In this document: piece after piece, positions 24,475 to 33,879 of the stretch
Layout of the letters: each line of letters starts with the position of its first letter
Numbering within the stretch: position 1 is the first letter of the stretch
DNA from: an uncultured Acidobacteriota bacterium
GTDB lineage: Bacteria; Acidobacteriota; UBA6911
Length of the DNA: 64,000 bases
Direction of reading: 5' to 3'
Assembly (NCBI GenBank): GCA_963843575.1
Contig: CAWJKZ010000013.1
Coordinates: 640,001-704,000 of the forward strand
Notes under the pieces: model-generated
Told to the model about the DNA's origin: nothing
The model's input: only the letters and a program-made list of their open reading frames with translations
Databases searched by the model: none
Position numbers and translations under genes: made by a program

Positions 24475-24496
24475 GTCGGAGACCTCCCAGGCCCTG

Positions 24497-24750
24497 AAAC
24501 AAGTGTGTCCAGGCTTCAGCCCGGACGCTGTCTGCGGTCGCCGTAGCGTGCGGCCGTCGCCACATAGATCAGATCAAAAGACGTCCGGCTGAAGCCGGGA
24601 CCCACTTGTTTTGCGGGCGGGGCAAGCGGTTCAACCGTTGGATGGCCTCTCCGGCCCGGACGTCATTTGGAGTGCGGCGCCTCGGCGCCGAGTTGCGATG
24701 CAACCGGGCCGCGCCGGGCCGACGCGGCCCACTTCAGCCCGGACCCACCT
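24497..24750. repeat. Composite repeat cluster: family A doublet plus family B half
   Basis: GTGTGTCCAGGCTTCAGCCCGGAC (24503-24526), inverted unit near 24583-24605, TGGAGTGCGGC at 24668, CTTCAGCCCGGACCCAC near 24732. Confidence 0.75.
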
Positions 24751-24761
24751 ATTTTTGAGGC

Positions 24762-25580
24762 CTACGGCCCCGGCACGGCCGTCAGCCGAACGTCGCCCGA
24801 GGCGGTCTTCAGTCGGATCGGCGCTCCCCCGTCTCCCACGGTCGCGCTGAGGGATCGGGCGTTCTTCTTCGCGGCGGCCGTCAACGGGACCGCCTCGCCG
24901 TCGACGAGCTGCTCGGGGTAGTCAATCGTTATGCCGCCGTCGCCCGTTTCCAGTTGCAGGGCGGCGGAGTAAGAGCGCGGAAGGAGCAGCGCGACCGACC
25001 CGCGACGCGTCACCGCGGTGCAACTATGCCCGGTCCAGTTCCGCCCGGTCATCCTGATATCGAGGTCACCCTGCTGGGTAATGACCGAGAAGTAGCCGCT
25101 GAGGGCGTTCGCTTCCACCGATCCTTCGCCCAGGGTCGCTTCGATCCAGCCCGTGACGTCGCTGACCGCGAGGTCCCCTCTGGCCATCCGGATATTGAGA
25201 TCCGTCCTGAGCTTCGGGACCCGAACGGTGAAGTTGACCTCCATCTCGGCGTCGTCCTTCGGCGGGCCGAGGATCCGAATGGTTCCCAAAGTCTGGGTCC
25301 AGCGCACCTGGATGGGAAACCGGGCGGCCAGGTCGCGGGCCTCACCCTCCATCCGCCGGTAGATGACCCGTTCGTAGTCGACGACCACGGCAGCCCGGTC
25401 CCAGCCGATCACCTTGAGGTTTCCGGGCACCCCCGCCTCGATCTGCAGCTTCCCCCCGGGGTAGAAGTTGAACTGCTTCTGATTGCGCTCCACGAATGGC
25501 TCGGAAGGCCCCGCGGATTGCGTGGCGGCCTGCGGTTGCCCGCTGGCGAAGATCAAGGAGAGTATCAGCCCAGGAAGCAT
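24762..25580 (-). CDS. Exported DUF4097/toast-rack beta-strand repeat protein
   Basis: Signal peptide; repeated x-G-D/S-hydrophobic units; C-terminal GGAPIRLKTASGDVRL. Confidence 0.75.
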   Translation of the reverse strand: MLPGLILSLIFASGQPQAATQSAGPSEPFVERNQKQFNFYPGGKLQIEAGVPGNLKVIGWDRAAVVVDYERVIYRRMEGEARDLAARFPIQVRWTQTLGTIRILGPPKDDAEMEVNFTVRVPKLRTDLNIRMARGDLAVSDVTGWIEATLGEGSVEANALSGYFSVITQQGDLDIRMTGRNWTGHSCTAVTRRGSVALLLPRSYSAALQLETGDGGITIDYPEQLVDGEAVPLTAAAKKNARSLSATVGDGGAPIRLKTASGDVRLTAVPGP

Positions 25581-26524
25581 GGCGCAGAGCCCTCAGCGGG
25601 ATTACCGGCGAATCGGACCACCGTGTATTTGTCGATGCCGTGGAACATGAGAACGCAAAACAGAAGGATGGCCCCCCACAGCCCGACACGGGCGGGGAAG
25701 GTGCGGCACCTGGCCATCACGGCCCGCAGCAGATGATACAGGATCCAGCATTCGAGCGCGAACGGGGGAAAGCCGAGGAAGCCGAGCACCGGCATTTCGA
25801 AGACTTTCCAGGAACCGAAAAACGGCACCGAGTAGACCCACTTGGACGCGGCCCAGAAGTTCCAGAATTCCCACATCAGGCCGCACAGGAAGCCGCCGAT
25901 CAGCAGGCTCCACGCGCGTCGCCGCTGTCCGGAGGCGAGGCCAAGCGAAAGGCTCTCCACGCCGAGTTTCTCCAATAACGGATCGAGCAGGAAGATGGGC
26001 CCGATCCACACAGCGGGGAAGAAGAAGCGCGGCCAGATCAGCGGGGCCAGCGATAGGAACGCGCCGATCCACGCGAGCGCCGCCCGGGGCGCCGTGCGTG
26101 GTTGCGCGGCCAGCGGGGCGGCATCGGAGGCCGCCCCGTTTCCAGGTCCGAAGAACAAGCGGTCGACGAGGTCGCTGGTGACGAACACTCCCGGCAGCAC
26201 GGTCGCGAATGCCAGGCCGTAGCCGGGCCAGCGCAGCCACGTCTCGGCCGGTACACCGGCGTAGCCCCAGTTTTTCAGGGCGAGATTGTATCCCTCGAAG
26301 AGCAGCCACACAAACACCGACAGCGGGAGCATCCCGGCGAGCTCGCGCCGCCGCCCCGTTAGAAGCGAAGTCCCCGTCAGGCTGAGGAGAAGGTTGTCCG
26401 CAAGCAGGATGTAGGACCACCAGGCGAAGCAATAAAACCAGGAGTAGAACGGCTCGATCCGCAGGTAGAGGAAGACCTCCGAGACAATCAGCAGCAGCAG
26501 CCCGGCCCACCCGTACGGTTTCAT
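25565..26524 (-). CDS. Multi-pass membrane protein of unknown function
   Basis: About 8 Trp/Phe-rich hydrophobic segments; overlaps both neighbours. Confidence 0.75.
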   Translation of the reverse strand: MKPYGWAGLLLLIVSEVFLYLRIEPFYSWFYCFAWWSYILLADNLLLSLTGTSLLTGRRRELAGMLPLSVFVWLLFEGYNLALKNWGYAGVPAETWLRWPGYGLAFATVLPGVFVTSDLVDRLFFGPGNGAASDAAPLAAQPRTAPRAALAWIGAFLSLAPLIWPRFFFPAVWIGPIFLLDPLLEKLGVESLSLGLASGQRRRAWSLLIGGFLCGLMWEFWNFWAASKWVYSVPFFGSWKVFEMPVLGFLGFPPFALECWILYHLLRAVMARCRTFPARVGLWGAILLFCVLMFHGIDKYTVVRFAGNPAEGSAPCFLG

Positions 26525-27684
26525 CTCGTTTCCCGGAGCGCGTTGTACTTCCGGCAGATTTCGATCACCTTATCGACCGGCAGCGCCTGCACCGTGTGGC
26601 CCGCGTAGCCTGAAACGGTCTTGCCTGCCACGAGGGAATTGTACACGGCCTCCTCGGTGGCTTCCTTGACCGCCTGGAAGAGCGGCGACACCGCCTCGTT
26701 GTGGAGCACCGGCGGGGTGAGCACCATCGCCGCCACGGCGGCGGGGATGCGGCAGCCGGGGTGGGACGAAAACGCGATGGCGTAATCGCCGCTGCCGTTG
26801 CTGCCGGACGATCCGGTCGCGGCCAGGCCCATGAGCGCCCGCGCGGCGAGTCGCTTGAGATTTCGGGCGTCCAGGGGCGCGTCGGTCGCCACCACGATCA
26901 TGCACGAGCCGTCGGGAGAGTAGTGCAGGTCTCCCTTCAGGTAGTACCTCCCGAGTTCCTGGCCGACCGGTGAGCCGTTGACTTGGAGGATGCCGCCGTA
27001 ATTTGTCTGGACCAGAACGCCGACAAGGTAGCCGCCGAGACCAGCGGGAAGCCGCCGCGAGGACGTGCCGATCCCCCCCTTGAAGCCGAAACACACGGTG
27101 CCCGTGCCCGCGCCGACGGAGCCCTCCTCGACGACCCCGGGCCGGGCGGAGCGCAGCGCCTCGAGCACGTGGGCCTTGGTAACGTGGCGGCCCCGGATGT
27201 CGTTGAGATAGCCGTCGTTGGTCTCTCCCACGACCGCATTGACCGAACGCACCTGTTCGTTCCCGGGTTCAGCGAGCGTGTACTCGACGATCCCGGCGAT
27301 CCCCTCCGCGACGCTCAGCGTGTTGGTCAGGACAATCGGGGTCTCCAGATTGCCGAGTTCTTCGACCTGCGTTCCTCCGGCCAGCTTGCCGAAGCCGTTG
27401 CCGACGAACACGGCGGCCGGGACCTTCCGCTGAAAGAGGTTCCCCGGGGATGGGACCACGGCGGTTACCCCGGTCCGGACTCCCTCCCCCTCGACCACAG
27501 TCACCTGCCCCACTGCGACGCCGGCCACGTCGGTAATCGCATTGAGGGGGCCCGGTCGCAACACCCCTGGGGCTATGCCGAGATCGCGGGCGCGCTTCTG
27601 CCCAGGGGACTCAGGCGGGGACGCCAGCAGCACGAAGGCGAGTCCGACTCCTGCGGCGAGAGAAACAGGACACGTCAATGTCAT
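26521..27684 (-). CDS. DmpA-like aminopeptidase (P1/S58 family), exported
   Basis: NAITDVAGV, TGVTA, GNGFGK, GETND, GAGTG, autocleavage site NGSGDY; signal peptide. Confidence 0.9.
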   Translation of the reverse strand: MTLTCPVSLAAGVGLAFVLLASPPESPGQKRARDLGIAPGVLRPGPLNAITDVAGVAVGQVTVVEGEGVRTGVTAVVPSPGNLFQRKVPAAVFVGNGFGKLAGGTQVEELGNLETPIVLTNTLSVAEGIAGIVEYTLAEPGNEQVRSVNAVVGETNDGYLNDIRGRHVTKAHVLEALRSARPGVVEEGSVGAGTGTVCFGFKGGIGTSSRRLPAGLGGYLVGVLVQTNYGGILQVNGSPVGQELGRYYLKGDLHYSPDGSCMIVVATDAPLDARNLKRLAARALMGLAATGSSGSNGSGDYAIAFSSHPGCRIPAAVAAMVLTPPVLHNEAVSPLFQAVKEATEEAVYNSLVAGKTVSGYAGHTVQALPVDKVIEICRKYNALRETR

Positions 27685-27848
27685 TTGGCACCCCCGGTGA
27701 ACGATACCAGTGTAGTGCGTCAAGAGGCTGATGGCATGCGGATTGTTGTGTGAGGAGTGGGCCGCGGCGGCTCGACGCGGCCCTGGAGGCCCGCATAGGG
27801 TCAGGGGCGGGTCGATCACGCCCACCCCGGACGAACTACAGGTGCGTG

Positions 27849-28706
27849 TCAGAGCCAGCTGATCCTGAAGCCACCCACGCCGGTCTCCACCCTGACCGAG
27901 ACGCGGCGCGCGGCCTTGTCGTAGTTTTCGCTGTAGTAGTAATCGTCCCGGTGCGTGAAGCCGTCGAGGTGGAGCCCGCTCAGGAAGTGTTTTTCGGCTT
28001 CGACCCTGACTCCGACATCGCGGGGCATCCGCATCGTCACGCCGCCGACTCCGACCTGGACCGTGATCTCGGCGTCCTGCTTCCACTCGCCGCTGAAGTC
28101 GAGGTTGGCGCCACCGACGCCCCCTTCGAAATCGAGTTCGCGCAGGTTGAGGTTGGCCAACCCTACGGCGTCCATACTGCCGACCCCGTTCTTTATCCGC
28201 ACGCGGTCGCAGGAGACGGCGTTGGGTTCGTAGGAGGAGATCCTGCAGCCGCCGACGCCGGACTCGAGCTCGAGCTCCGAGATCTTAAGCCCGGACAGAG
28301 CGAGCCGCGCGTCCCCGACGCCCGTGTTGACGTTGAGCTTGACGGGCAGGGTGCCGGTCAGGCCCAGCCGAAGCCTGTTCTGCTGGCGCTCGCTGCGGAT
28401 CCCCAGCTTGTGCGTACTCTCCAAGGTGAACGACAGCCGCCCTTCCTCCCCGGGCTCGTAGTGCACCGAGGATTGGTAGCTCGACTTGTCGTACTCGACG
28501 TCCATCGAGTACAGCTGAGCCGCCCGGTCGGCGGAGATCTCCAGGGAGCCGATGTCGAACCGGATGTCCGCGCGCAGCGACTTCTCCGCGCCGACTGGCT
28601 GGCTCTGGGTCATCGACACCATCTCGGCGGGAACGCGATCCTCGATCCCGCAGCCGGCTCCCGCCAGCAGCGCGAAACCGATCAGGACGCAGAGGGTGTG
28701 GCGCAT
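27849..28706 (-). CDS. Toast-rack (DUF2154/LiaF-C-like) lipoprotein
   Basis: Lipobox AGAGC; repeated GVG beta-units. Confidence 0.75.
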   Translation of the reverse strand: MRHTLCVLIGFALLAGAGCGIEDRVPAEMVSMTQSQPVGAEKSLRADIRFDIGSLEISADRAAQLYSMDVEYDKSSYQSSVHYEPGEEGRLSFTLESTHKLGIRSERQQNRLRLGLTGTLPVKLNVNTGVGDARLALSGLKISELELESGVGGCRISSYEPNAVSCDRVRIKNGVGSMDAVGLANLNLRELDFEGGVGGANLDFSGEWKQDAEITVQVGVGGVTMRMPRDVGVRVEAEKHFLSGLHLDGFTHRDDYYYSENYDKAARRVSVRVETGVGGFRISWL

Positions 28707-28721
28707 GGCGATCTCCCCTTC

Positions 28722-30419
28722 CTAGAGGGTGCTGGCTTTGTGTTTCGGCTCCGGCTCCCGGTCCCCGCCGTCATCGGGCTCACGGGTGCCGAGCCGGATG
28801 TTGTTGTACTCGGTTTCCAGCGAGATGCTGGTTCCCCCGCTCTTGACTTTGCCGTTCAGCCTGCCGTTGCCTCCGGGGTCGGCGACCGGGGCGAGCCCCT
28901 GGAAATCGGACTCGACGCGTCCGTTGCGGGCGCTGGCGTCGATCTGGAACGCCGCTTCCGCGGGAATGAACAACTCGATGGCGCCGTTCTTGTTCTTCAC
29001 CGTGACTTCCCCCTTGCCCAGCCTGCCCGTCGACAGCCGGACGTCCCCGTACTCGTTGGTGACCTTGCACGGGCCGGAGAAGTCGTCGATCACGACGTCC
29101 TTGAGACTGGTCTGGATTTCGACAGGACCCCGCACGCCGTCGGCGCGGACCGAGGTGGCGCTGGAGATCAGCTTGAGGCGCCCCTGGATCTCTTCGAGGC
29201 TGTAGCGGTCCGAGTTCGACTGCACGTCGACGTTCCCCTTGATGTCCTTCAGGGTGACGCTCTGGTACCGGCTTTCGAGCTGCACGTCGGATGCGACGTC
29301 GCTGATCTGGATGCGCCGGTGGCTCGTCGTCGCCTTGAGCGTGCTGCCGAGTTCGGAAATCTCGAGCGCCGTGCCGCGCGCGTCGACGACGACGGCCTTG
29401 GTGACCTTGTTCATCGTCACGCTGCTCTCGGTGTTGGTCACCGTGACCTTCCCGTCGACGCCGCTGATCTCGACCGGCGAATACTCGTCGCGCACGGTGA
29501 GATCGCCCTTGAGCGTTTCCACGTAGACCCTGCCACGCGCGTCGACATTGACGTTGCCGGTCAGGTTGACGAGCCGGGTTTCCGAATAGCGGTTGCTGAC
29601 GGTGAATTCGCCCGTGCAGTCACGGATGTCCACCGGGTGGTGGCTCGTCGCGGCCTCCAATTTCCCTTCGAGGCCGGAGGCGCGGATCTCGCCGAAGGAG
29701 TTGCGGATCTGCACCTGCGCCGATTTCGGGACGAGGACCTCGAGGTCGGTGTTGAAGCGGTAGTCTTTGGCGCTGAGGCTTTCGCGGTTGGTGGTGACGA
29801 CGAAAACCTTCGTGGCGGATGGCTCGGCTTCCGCTTTGGCGGGAGCCGCCTCGGGCTGCACCGTCTGGCCCTCGGGACCGCCCTCGAGACGGATCTCGTC
29901 GGCGATCTGTTTCGCGCGCGACTCCTCGTCCTGGAAGACGATCTTGCGCAGCCGCACCCTCACCTCGCGTTCGCTCCCCGGGGAAACCGTGACTGCCCCG
30001 TAAGAGTTGTCGATTCGGATCGCGGCCTGCGCCGCGACGGGATAGGTGGCCTCCTGGCTGTAGGTGTGCGAGTTGCCGAACCACTGGCCGGGCCGCACCT
30101 CTGTTCCCCGGATGTGGATCGGCATTTCCCGGAAGATGCGGGTGAAGCCGCTGTCGTACATACGGGTGATCGCAGAACCGATGACCACCAGGATGAGGAC
30201 GCCGACGACCTCACCGACCCGCAGCGACACCCCTTCAGACTGCCGGTAGTAGTCGATGACCTTGCCGAGACCGAACAGGATAAGAAGGATGGGCCAATAG
30301 CGCTGTGCCATGGACCAGAAGTCGGGGCCGATCCCGAAATTGCGCAGCAGGAACAAGACCCCGATCGTGGTCCAGAGCAGCCCACCCAGTAACGACGGGC
30401 GTCGATGGCGTGCGGGCAT
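28722..30419 (-). CDS. DUF5668 (LiaF-type TM) plus DUF4097 repeat protein
   Basis: GVLFLL.N...YWPILLI TM motif followed by long beta-repeat region. Confidence 0.8.
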   Translation of the reverse strand: MPARHRRPSLLGGLLWTTIGVLFLLRNFGIGPDFWSMAQRYWPILLILFGLGKVIDYYRQSEGVSLRVGEVVGVLILVVIGSAITRMYDSGFTRIFREMPIHIRGTEVRPGQWFGNSHTYSQEATYPVAAQAAIRIDNSYGAVTVSPGSEREVRVRLRKIVFQDEESRAKQIADEIRLEGGPEGQTVQPEAAPAKAEAEPSATKVFVVTTNRESLSAKDYRFNTDLEVLVPKSAQVQIRNSFGEIRASGLEGKLEAATSHHPVDIRDCTGEFTVSNRYSETRLVNLTGNVNVDARGRVYVETLKGDLTVRDEYSPVEISGVDGKVTVTNTESSVTMNKVTKAVVVDARGTALEISELGSTLKATTSHRRIQISDVASDVQLESRYQSVTLKDIKGNVDVQSNSDRYSLEEIQGRLKLISSATSVRADGVRGPVEIQTSLKDVVIDDFSGPCKVTNEYGDVRLSTGRLGKGEVTVKNKNGAIELFIPAEAAFQIDASARNGRVESDFQGLAPVADPGGNGRLNGKVKSGGTSISLETEYNNIRLGTREPDDGGDREPEPKHKASTL

Positions 30420-30423
30420 ACGT

Positions 30424-30642
30424 CTACTCCTTCGCCGGGGAACCGGGGACGGGAGGTATTTCCCGCCACGTGAAGTAATCGTAGATTTTCCTGAGCCCGA
30501 CCATGATCAGGATCACGGGCCAGTACCGGACGAAGATGCGCCAGGCTGACCAGGGGCCCCAGGCGTCGGCCAGGAAAAGCAGGCCGATCGCGATCAGGAT
30601 GATGCCTGCGGTCAACGCGCCGCTGCGTGTCTGGGGTGCCAT
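30424..30642 (-). CDS. Small DUF5668/LiaI-LiaF-like membrane protein
   Basis: GIILIAIGLLFL...YWPVILIMVG; GGAGGAGGG RBS. Confidence 0.8.
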   Translation of the reverse strand: MAPQTRSGALTAGIILIAIGLLFLADAWGPWSAWRIFVRYWPVILIMVGLRKIYDYFTWREIPPVPGSPAKE

Positions 30643-30652
30643 TTCCCTCCTC

Positions 30653-31285
30653 CTAGAATTGCTTGTTCTCCGTCAACGCCGGGCCGGACGGGGCCGCATC
30701 GTCGGTGCGGTCCTTGAGGGCGCGGTACACGAGATAGCCGCCCAGGAAGATGAACACCAGGGGCCACAGGCGATTGAGGAAGTGGTACGGAATGATGTTC
30801 TGGAGCAGGAAGACCGCGCCGAGCACCATCAGGAATATGCCCCAGGCAGCGATGTTGTGGTCCCTCCCCGGAGGTTGCGGGACGGCGGCGCCGGAGAGTT
30901 GCGCCCGACTGCGCGCCTCGGCGGTGCGGTAGGAGTCGAACATCGTGAAGACCAGGAACGCAAAGGCGCCGAAACCGAAGATGGCGTGGACGTCCCCAAG
31001 GACGATGAGCGCGGCGAACACCGCGAAGAAGGTGATGGCCTTGAGGTACTCGTTGTTGTAGACGGCCCCCATTCCGGGAATGAGCGAGCACAGCGCCGCG
31101 CGTTTCGGCGAGTCCGCCGGCATGCGCAGGTCTTTGACAGCCGCAGCCCATTCCGCGCCGCGTACCAGGCAGTCCTGGCAGTAGACCTTGCCCTTGATCT
31201 GGTGAGCGCACTCGACGCACAGAGGCTTGTTGCAGGTCGAGCAAAAGTCCTGGGATTCCGCCGCGGGATGGTATGAGCATTTCAT
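30653..31285 (-). CDS. B-box zinc finger plus DUF5668 membrane protein
   Basis: CxxH..CxxC..CxxC..CxxC N-terminus, LIPGMGAVYN TM segment, C-terminal GAVFLLQN...LWP. Confidence 0.82.
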   Translation of the reverse strand: MKCSYHPAAESQDFCSTCNKPLCVECAHQIKGKVYCQDCLVRGAEWAAAVKDLRMPADSPKRAALCSLIPGMGAVYNNEYLKAITFFAVFAALIVLGDVHAIFGFGAFAFLVFTMFDSYRTAEARSRAQLSGAAVPQPPGRDHNIAAWGIFLMVLGAVFLLQNIIPYHFLNRLWPLVFIFLGGYLVYRALKDRTDDAAPSGPALTENKQF

Positions 31286-31333
31286 GTCGTTTCTCCTCAG
31301 TGTTCTCCAGATCCGTGAGATCCGTTCCCAGCT

Positions 31334-31966
31334 TCAGGCCGGCAACAGCAGTAAACTGCTCTTATCGCTGGGGGCTTTCTCCTGCTGTTGCCGCGGCTCC
31401 CCCGACTTCTTTTTATTCCCCTCGACAGGAACGTCCAGCTGTTCGATCATGAAACCAAGCTTGTTGAAGACATTGCTCTTGATGAAGCCGAACTGTGCCT
31501 GCCACTCGTTCTTCTTGTCGTACGCCTTCAGACCCTCGCTGTAGATGCGCTGCACCCCCCGGTCCATTTGCCGCACCATCTCTCTGGGGGAGAGGACCGA
31601 AGCGACGACGGACATACGCGGCAGCAGCAGGTTGACCGCGAGCGCGAGGAACAGCAGGGACAGCACCGCCCCCACGGCGAAGCGCGGGGTCAGCATCGGG
31701 CCCACCAGGTACTGCCGGAGCAGCTCTCCCCACCGGCGGGTGCGCGGTTTGCCCGAGGTGCGCAGCAGTATCCTCTCGATCAGGGCGACATCGGGCTCCA
31801 GGGTGGGGAAGGCCTTGCAGGTCAGCACAATCGAACGCATCTCGTCCAGGAGGGCAGCACACTGGCTGCACTCGTGCAGGTGTTCCGCCACCCGTGCCAT
31901 ATCCGGTGCGGGGAGACTCCGCTCCAGGTACTCGCTCAGTTTTTCTTCAATCCTCGGACATTCCAT
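31334..31966 (-). CDS. zf-HC2 (ZAS) anti-sigma factor with one TM helix
   Basis: C..I...LSEYLE...HLHECSQC (HxxxCxxC); directly follows the ECF gene. Confidence 0.9.
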   Translation of the reverse strand: MECPRIEEKLSEYLERSLPAPDMARVAEHLHECSQCAALLDEMRSIVLTCKAFPTLEPDVALIERILLRTSGKPRTRRWGELLRQYLVGPMLTPRFAVGAVLSLLFLALAVNLLLPRMSVVASVLSPREMVRQMDRGVQRIYSEGLKAYDKKNEWQAQFGFIKSNVFNKLGFMIEQLDVPVEGNKKKSGEPRQQQEKAPSDKSSLLLLPA

Positions 31967-31974
31967 GGTACCCC

Positions 31975-32553
31975 CTACACCTGCAAACCCAACTGGGCCC
32001 GGCGTTTGATCAGGAGCTTGGCAAGCTCAAGCCGCCCCCGGTTAATCCGGCTCTTCACCGTCCCCTCGGGGATGCTCAGCAACTCCGCGATCTCCTGGTA
32101 AGCCATCCCCTCCAGGTCGCGGAGCACAATCGCCTCCTTCAGTTCGGGTGAAAGCGCCTGCAGCCCGTCGCGCAGGAATCGCGAGGCTTCAGACTGCTCC
32201 GCGGCCCGGTGCGGATTCGGCACGTGGTCGTCGGGCAGGTTCAAGGTCTCCAGCTCCTCCGTCCCGCCGGACTGTTGAAAGCGGCGGGTCTGCCGGTAAT
32301 GGTCGATGATCAGGTTGCGCCCGATCTTCAGGATCCAGCTCTGGAACGACCCGACATCCGAGCGGAAGCTCTTCAGATTTTGATAAACTCGAATGAAGAT
32401 GTCCTGAGTCAAGTCTTCCGCCTCTTCTTTCCTGCTGGTATAGCGATAGCTGAGGTTGTAGACCCTGCGACCATACGAGTTCACGATACGCTCCCAGGCG
32501 GCGTCGTCTCCTTGCAGACAGCGCTCTACAAGTTTCTCGTCGCCTGAGAGCAC
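31975..32553 (-). CDS. ECF RNA polymerase sigma factor (SigW/RpoE-like)
   Basis: EAEDLTQDIF, RNLIIDHYR, YQEIAELLSIPEGTVKSRINRGR. Confidence 0.95.
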   Translation of the reverse strand: MLSGDEKLVERCLQGDDAAWERIVNSYGRRVYNLSYRYTSRKEEAEDLTQDIFIRVYQNLKSFRSDVGSFQSWILKIGRNLIIDHYRQTRRFQQSGGTEELETLNLPDDHVPNPHRAAEQSEASRFLRDGLQALSPELKEAIVLRDLEGMAYQEIAELLSIPEGTVKSRINRGRLELAKLLIKRRAQLGLQV

Positions 32554-32594
32554 TCTCTAACTCCTTGTCTCCAGCCCCGTTTCCCACTGCCAGA

Positions 32595-32620
32595 AACGGA
32601 AGGGGGCGGGCCGAAGTTCA
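32595..32620 (-). promoter_or_regulatory. Putative ECF autoregulatory promoter
   Basis: Minus strand TGAAC-N17-CGTT about 40 nt upstream of the sigma start. Confidence 0.6.
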
Positions 32621-32904
32621 ATAAATCTGATTTCCTGCGGCGGCGGCCGTTTCCCGAATCCCGGCCCATGTGCTTGGACGCCGGCCGACTTCCCTGATTT
32701 TGCAACTGTTGCAGGTTTTCCGCAACAGTTACGGCTGCACCGCTCCCACGGGCGTCTCCCCCGCTTCCCAAATGAGGCCTTGACCTTTCCCGGGAATTCC
32801 TATTTAGTTCTCTAAGATCTTTGGAATCGCGGACTTGGGCGCTCCGTGGTCATCTGGGCGAACAACGGCAAGCGCCCTCCCGCCATTTCGTGCAGGATCG
32901 CGCA

Positions 32905-33363
32905 ATGAAGTGCCCGTACTGTGGATACCTGAAAGACCGCGTGGTGGATTCCCGTGAGACCCGCGACGGCGACTCGATCCGCCGTCGTCGTCAATGCCTG
33001 AATTGCGCGCGCCGCTTCACCAGCTACGAGCGGATCGATGAAATCCCCTCCATGGTGATCAAGAAAGACGGGGGCCGGGAGAAGTTCGACCGGGGGAAGA
33101 TCCTCAACGGGCTCCTGAAGGCATGCGAAAAGCGACCGGTAAGCCTGACCCAGCTCGAGAAGATCGTCGACACGGTCGAGGCCCGCGTCCAGGAGAGCCC
33201 CGAACATGAGCTCGAGACGGTGGCGATCGGTAAGATCCTGTTGTCCGAGTTGCGGCGGCTCGACAAGGTCGCCTATCTGCGTTTCGCGTCCGTCTACCTC
33301 GAGTTCGAAGATGTCGGGGAATTCATGACGGAGATCAACGAACTATTTGAAAAAAAGCAGTAG
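32905..33363 (+). CDS. nrdR: Transcriptional repressor NrdR
   Basis: MKCPYC, VVDSR, IRRRRQC..C..RFTSYE, ATP cone, [10 protein letters not shown]. Confidence 0.97.
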   Translation: MKCPYCGYLKDRVVDSRETRDGDSIRRRRQCLNCARRFTSYERIDEIPSMVIKKDGGREKFDRGKILNGLLKACEKRPVSLTQLEKIVDTVEARVQESPEHELETVAIGKILLSELRRLDKVAYLRFASVYLEFEDVGEFMTEINELFEKKQ

Positions 33364-33399
33364 CCGAGCATCCCCCAGATTTCTAGCTGGCTTCTACCT

Positions 33400-33834
33400 A
33401 TGTCCAGACCGAAAAAGAGATTTGTCCAGTCGCAGCGGGAACAGGTGCTCGATCTGCCGGGGGAGGCAGGGAAACTCCTGGCATTCGGCACATGGGTACC
33501 GAACGTCGACGTGTGCGAGACCCCCGACAACGTCTTCGCCCGCGTGGAGCTTCCGGGTGTCGATCCGTGCGACGTGTCCGTCGTGATTCAGAACGGCGTT
33601 TTGCGCATCGGCGGCGTCAAACGGGAGCCCGCCCTATCCGGGAACCTGGTCTGCTACTACTGTGTCGAGCGGCGATACGGCAAGTTCGAACGGGAAATCG
33701 CGCTGCGCTGCGTGGTGGACGTCAAGCGGGCCCGGGCCACGATGCGCGCCGGCATACTGACGGTGGAACTCCCCAGAATGGAGGAGCGGCGGGGCGCCGC
33801 GGTGCGCATCGAGGTTTTTGAAGCAGAGGATTGA
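33400..33834 (+). CDS. Hsp20/alpha-crystallin small heat-shock protein
   Basis: PNVDV.ET, ELPGV, ERRYGKFER, GILTVELP. Confidence 0.9.
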   Translation: MSRPKKRFVQSQREQVLDLPGEAGKLLAFGTWVPNVDVCETPDNVFARVELPGVDPCDVSVVIQNGVLRIGGVKREPALSGNLVCYYCVERRYGKFEREIALRCVVDVKRARATMRAGILTVELPRMEERRGAAVRIEVFEAED

Positions 33835-33879
33835 AACTTTCTGCGGCCATTCCGAATCGAGTTCTATGGAAAGGTTTGG

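Noticed and set aside
20693-30392. Very long alternative-frame or antisense ORFs (N-terminal part of 20693-24061, 20897-22957, 27750-30392; also 33634-36327)
   Set aside because: Arg/Pro/Gly-rich shadow ORFs expected in high-GC DNA overlapping well-supported genes.
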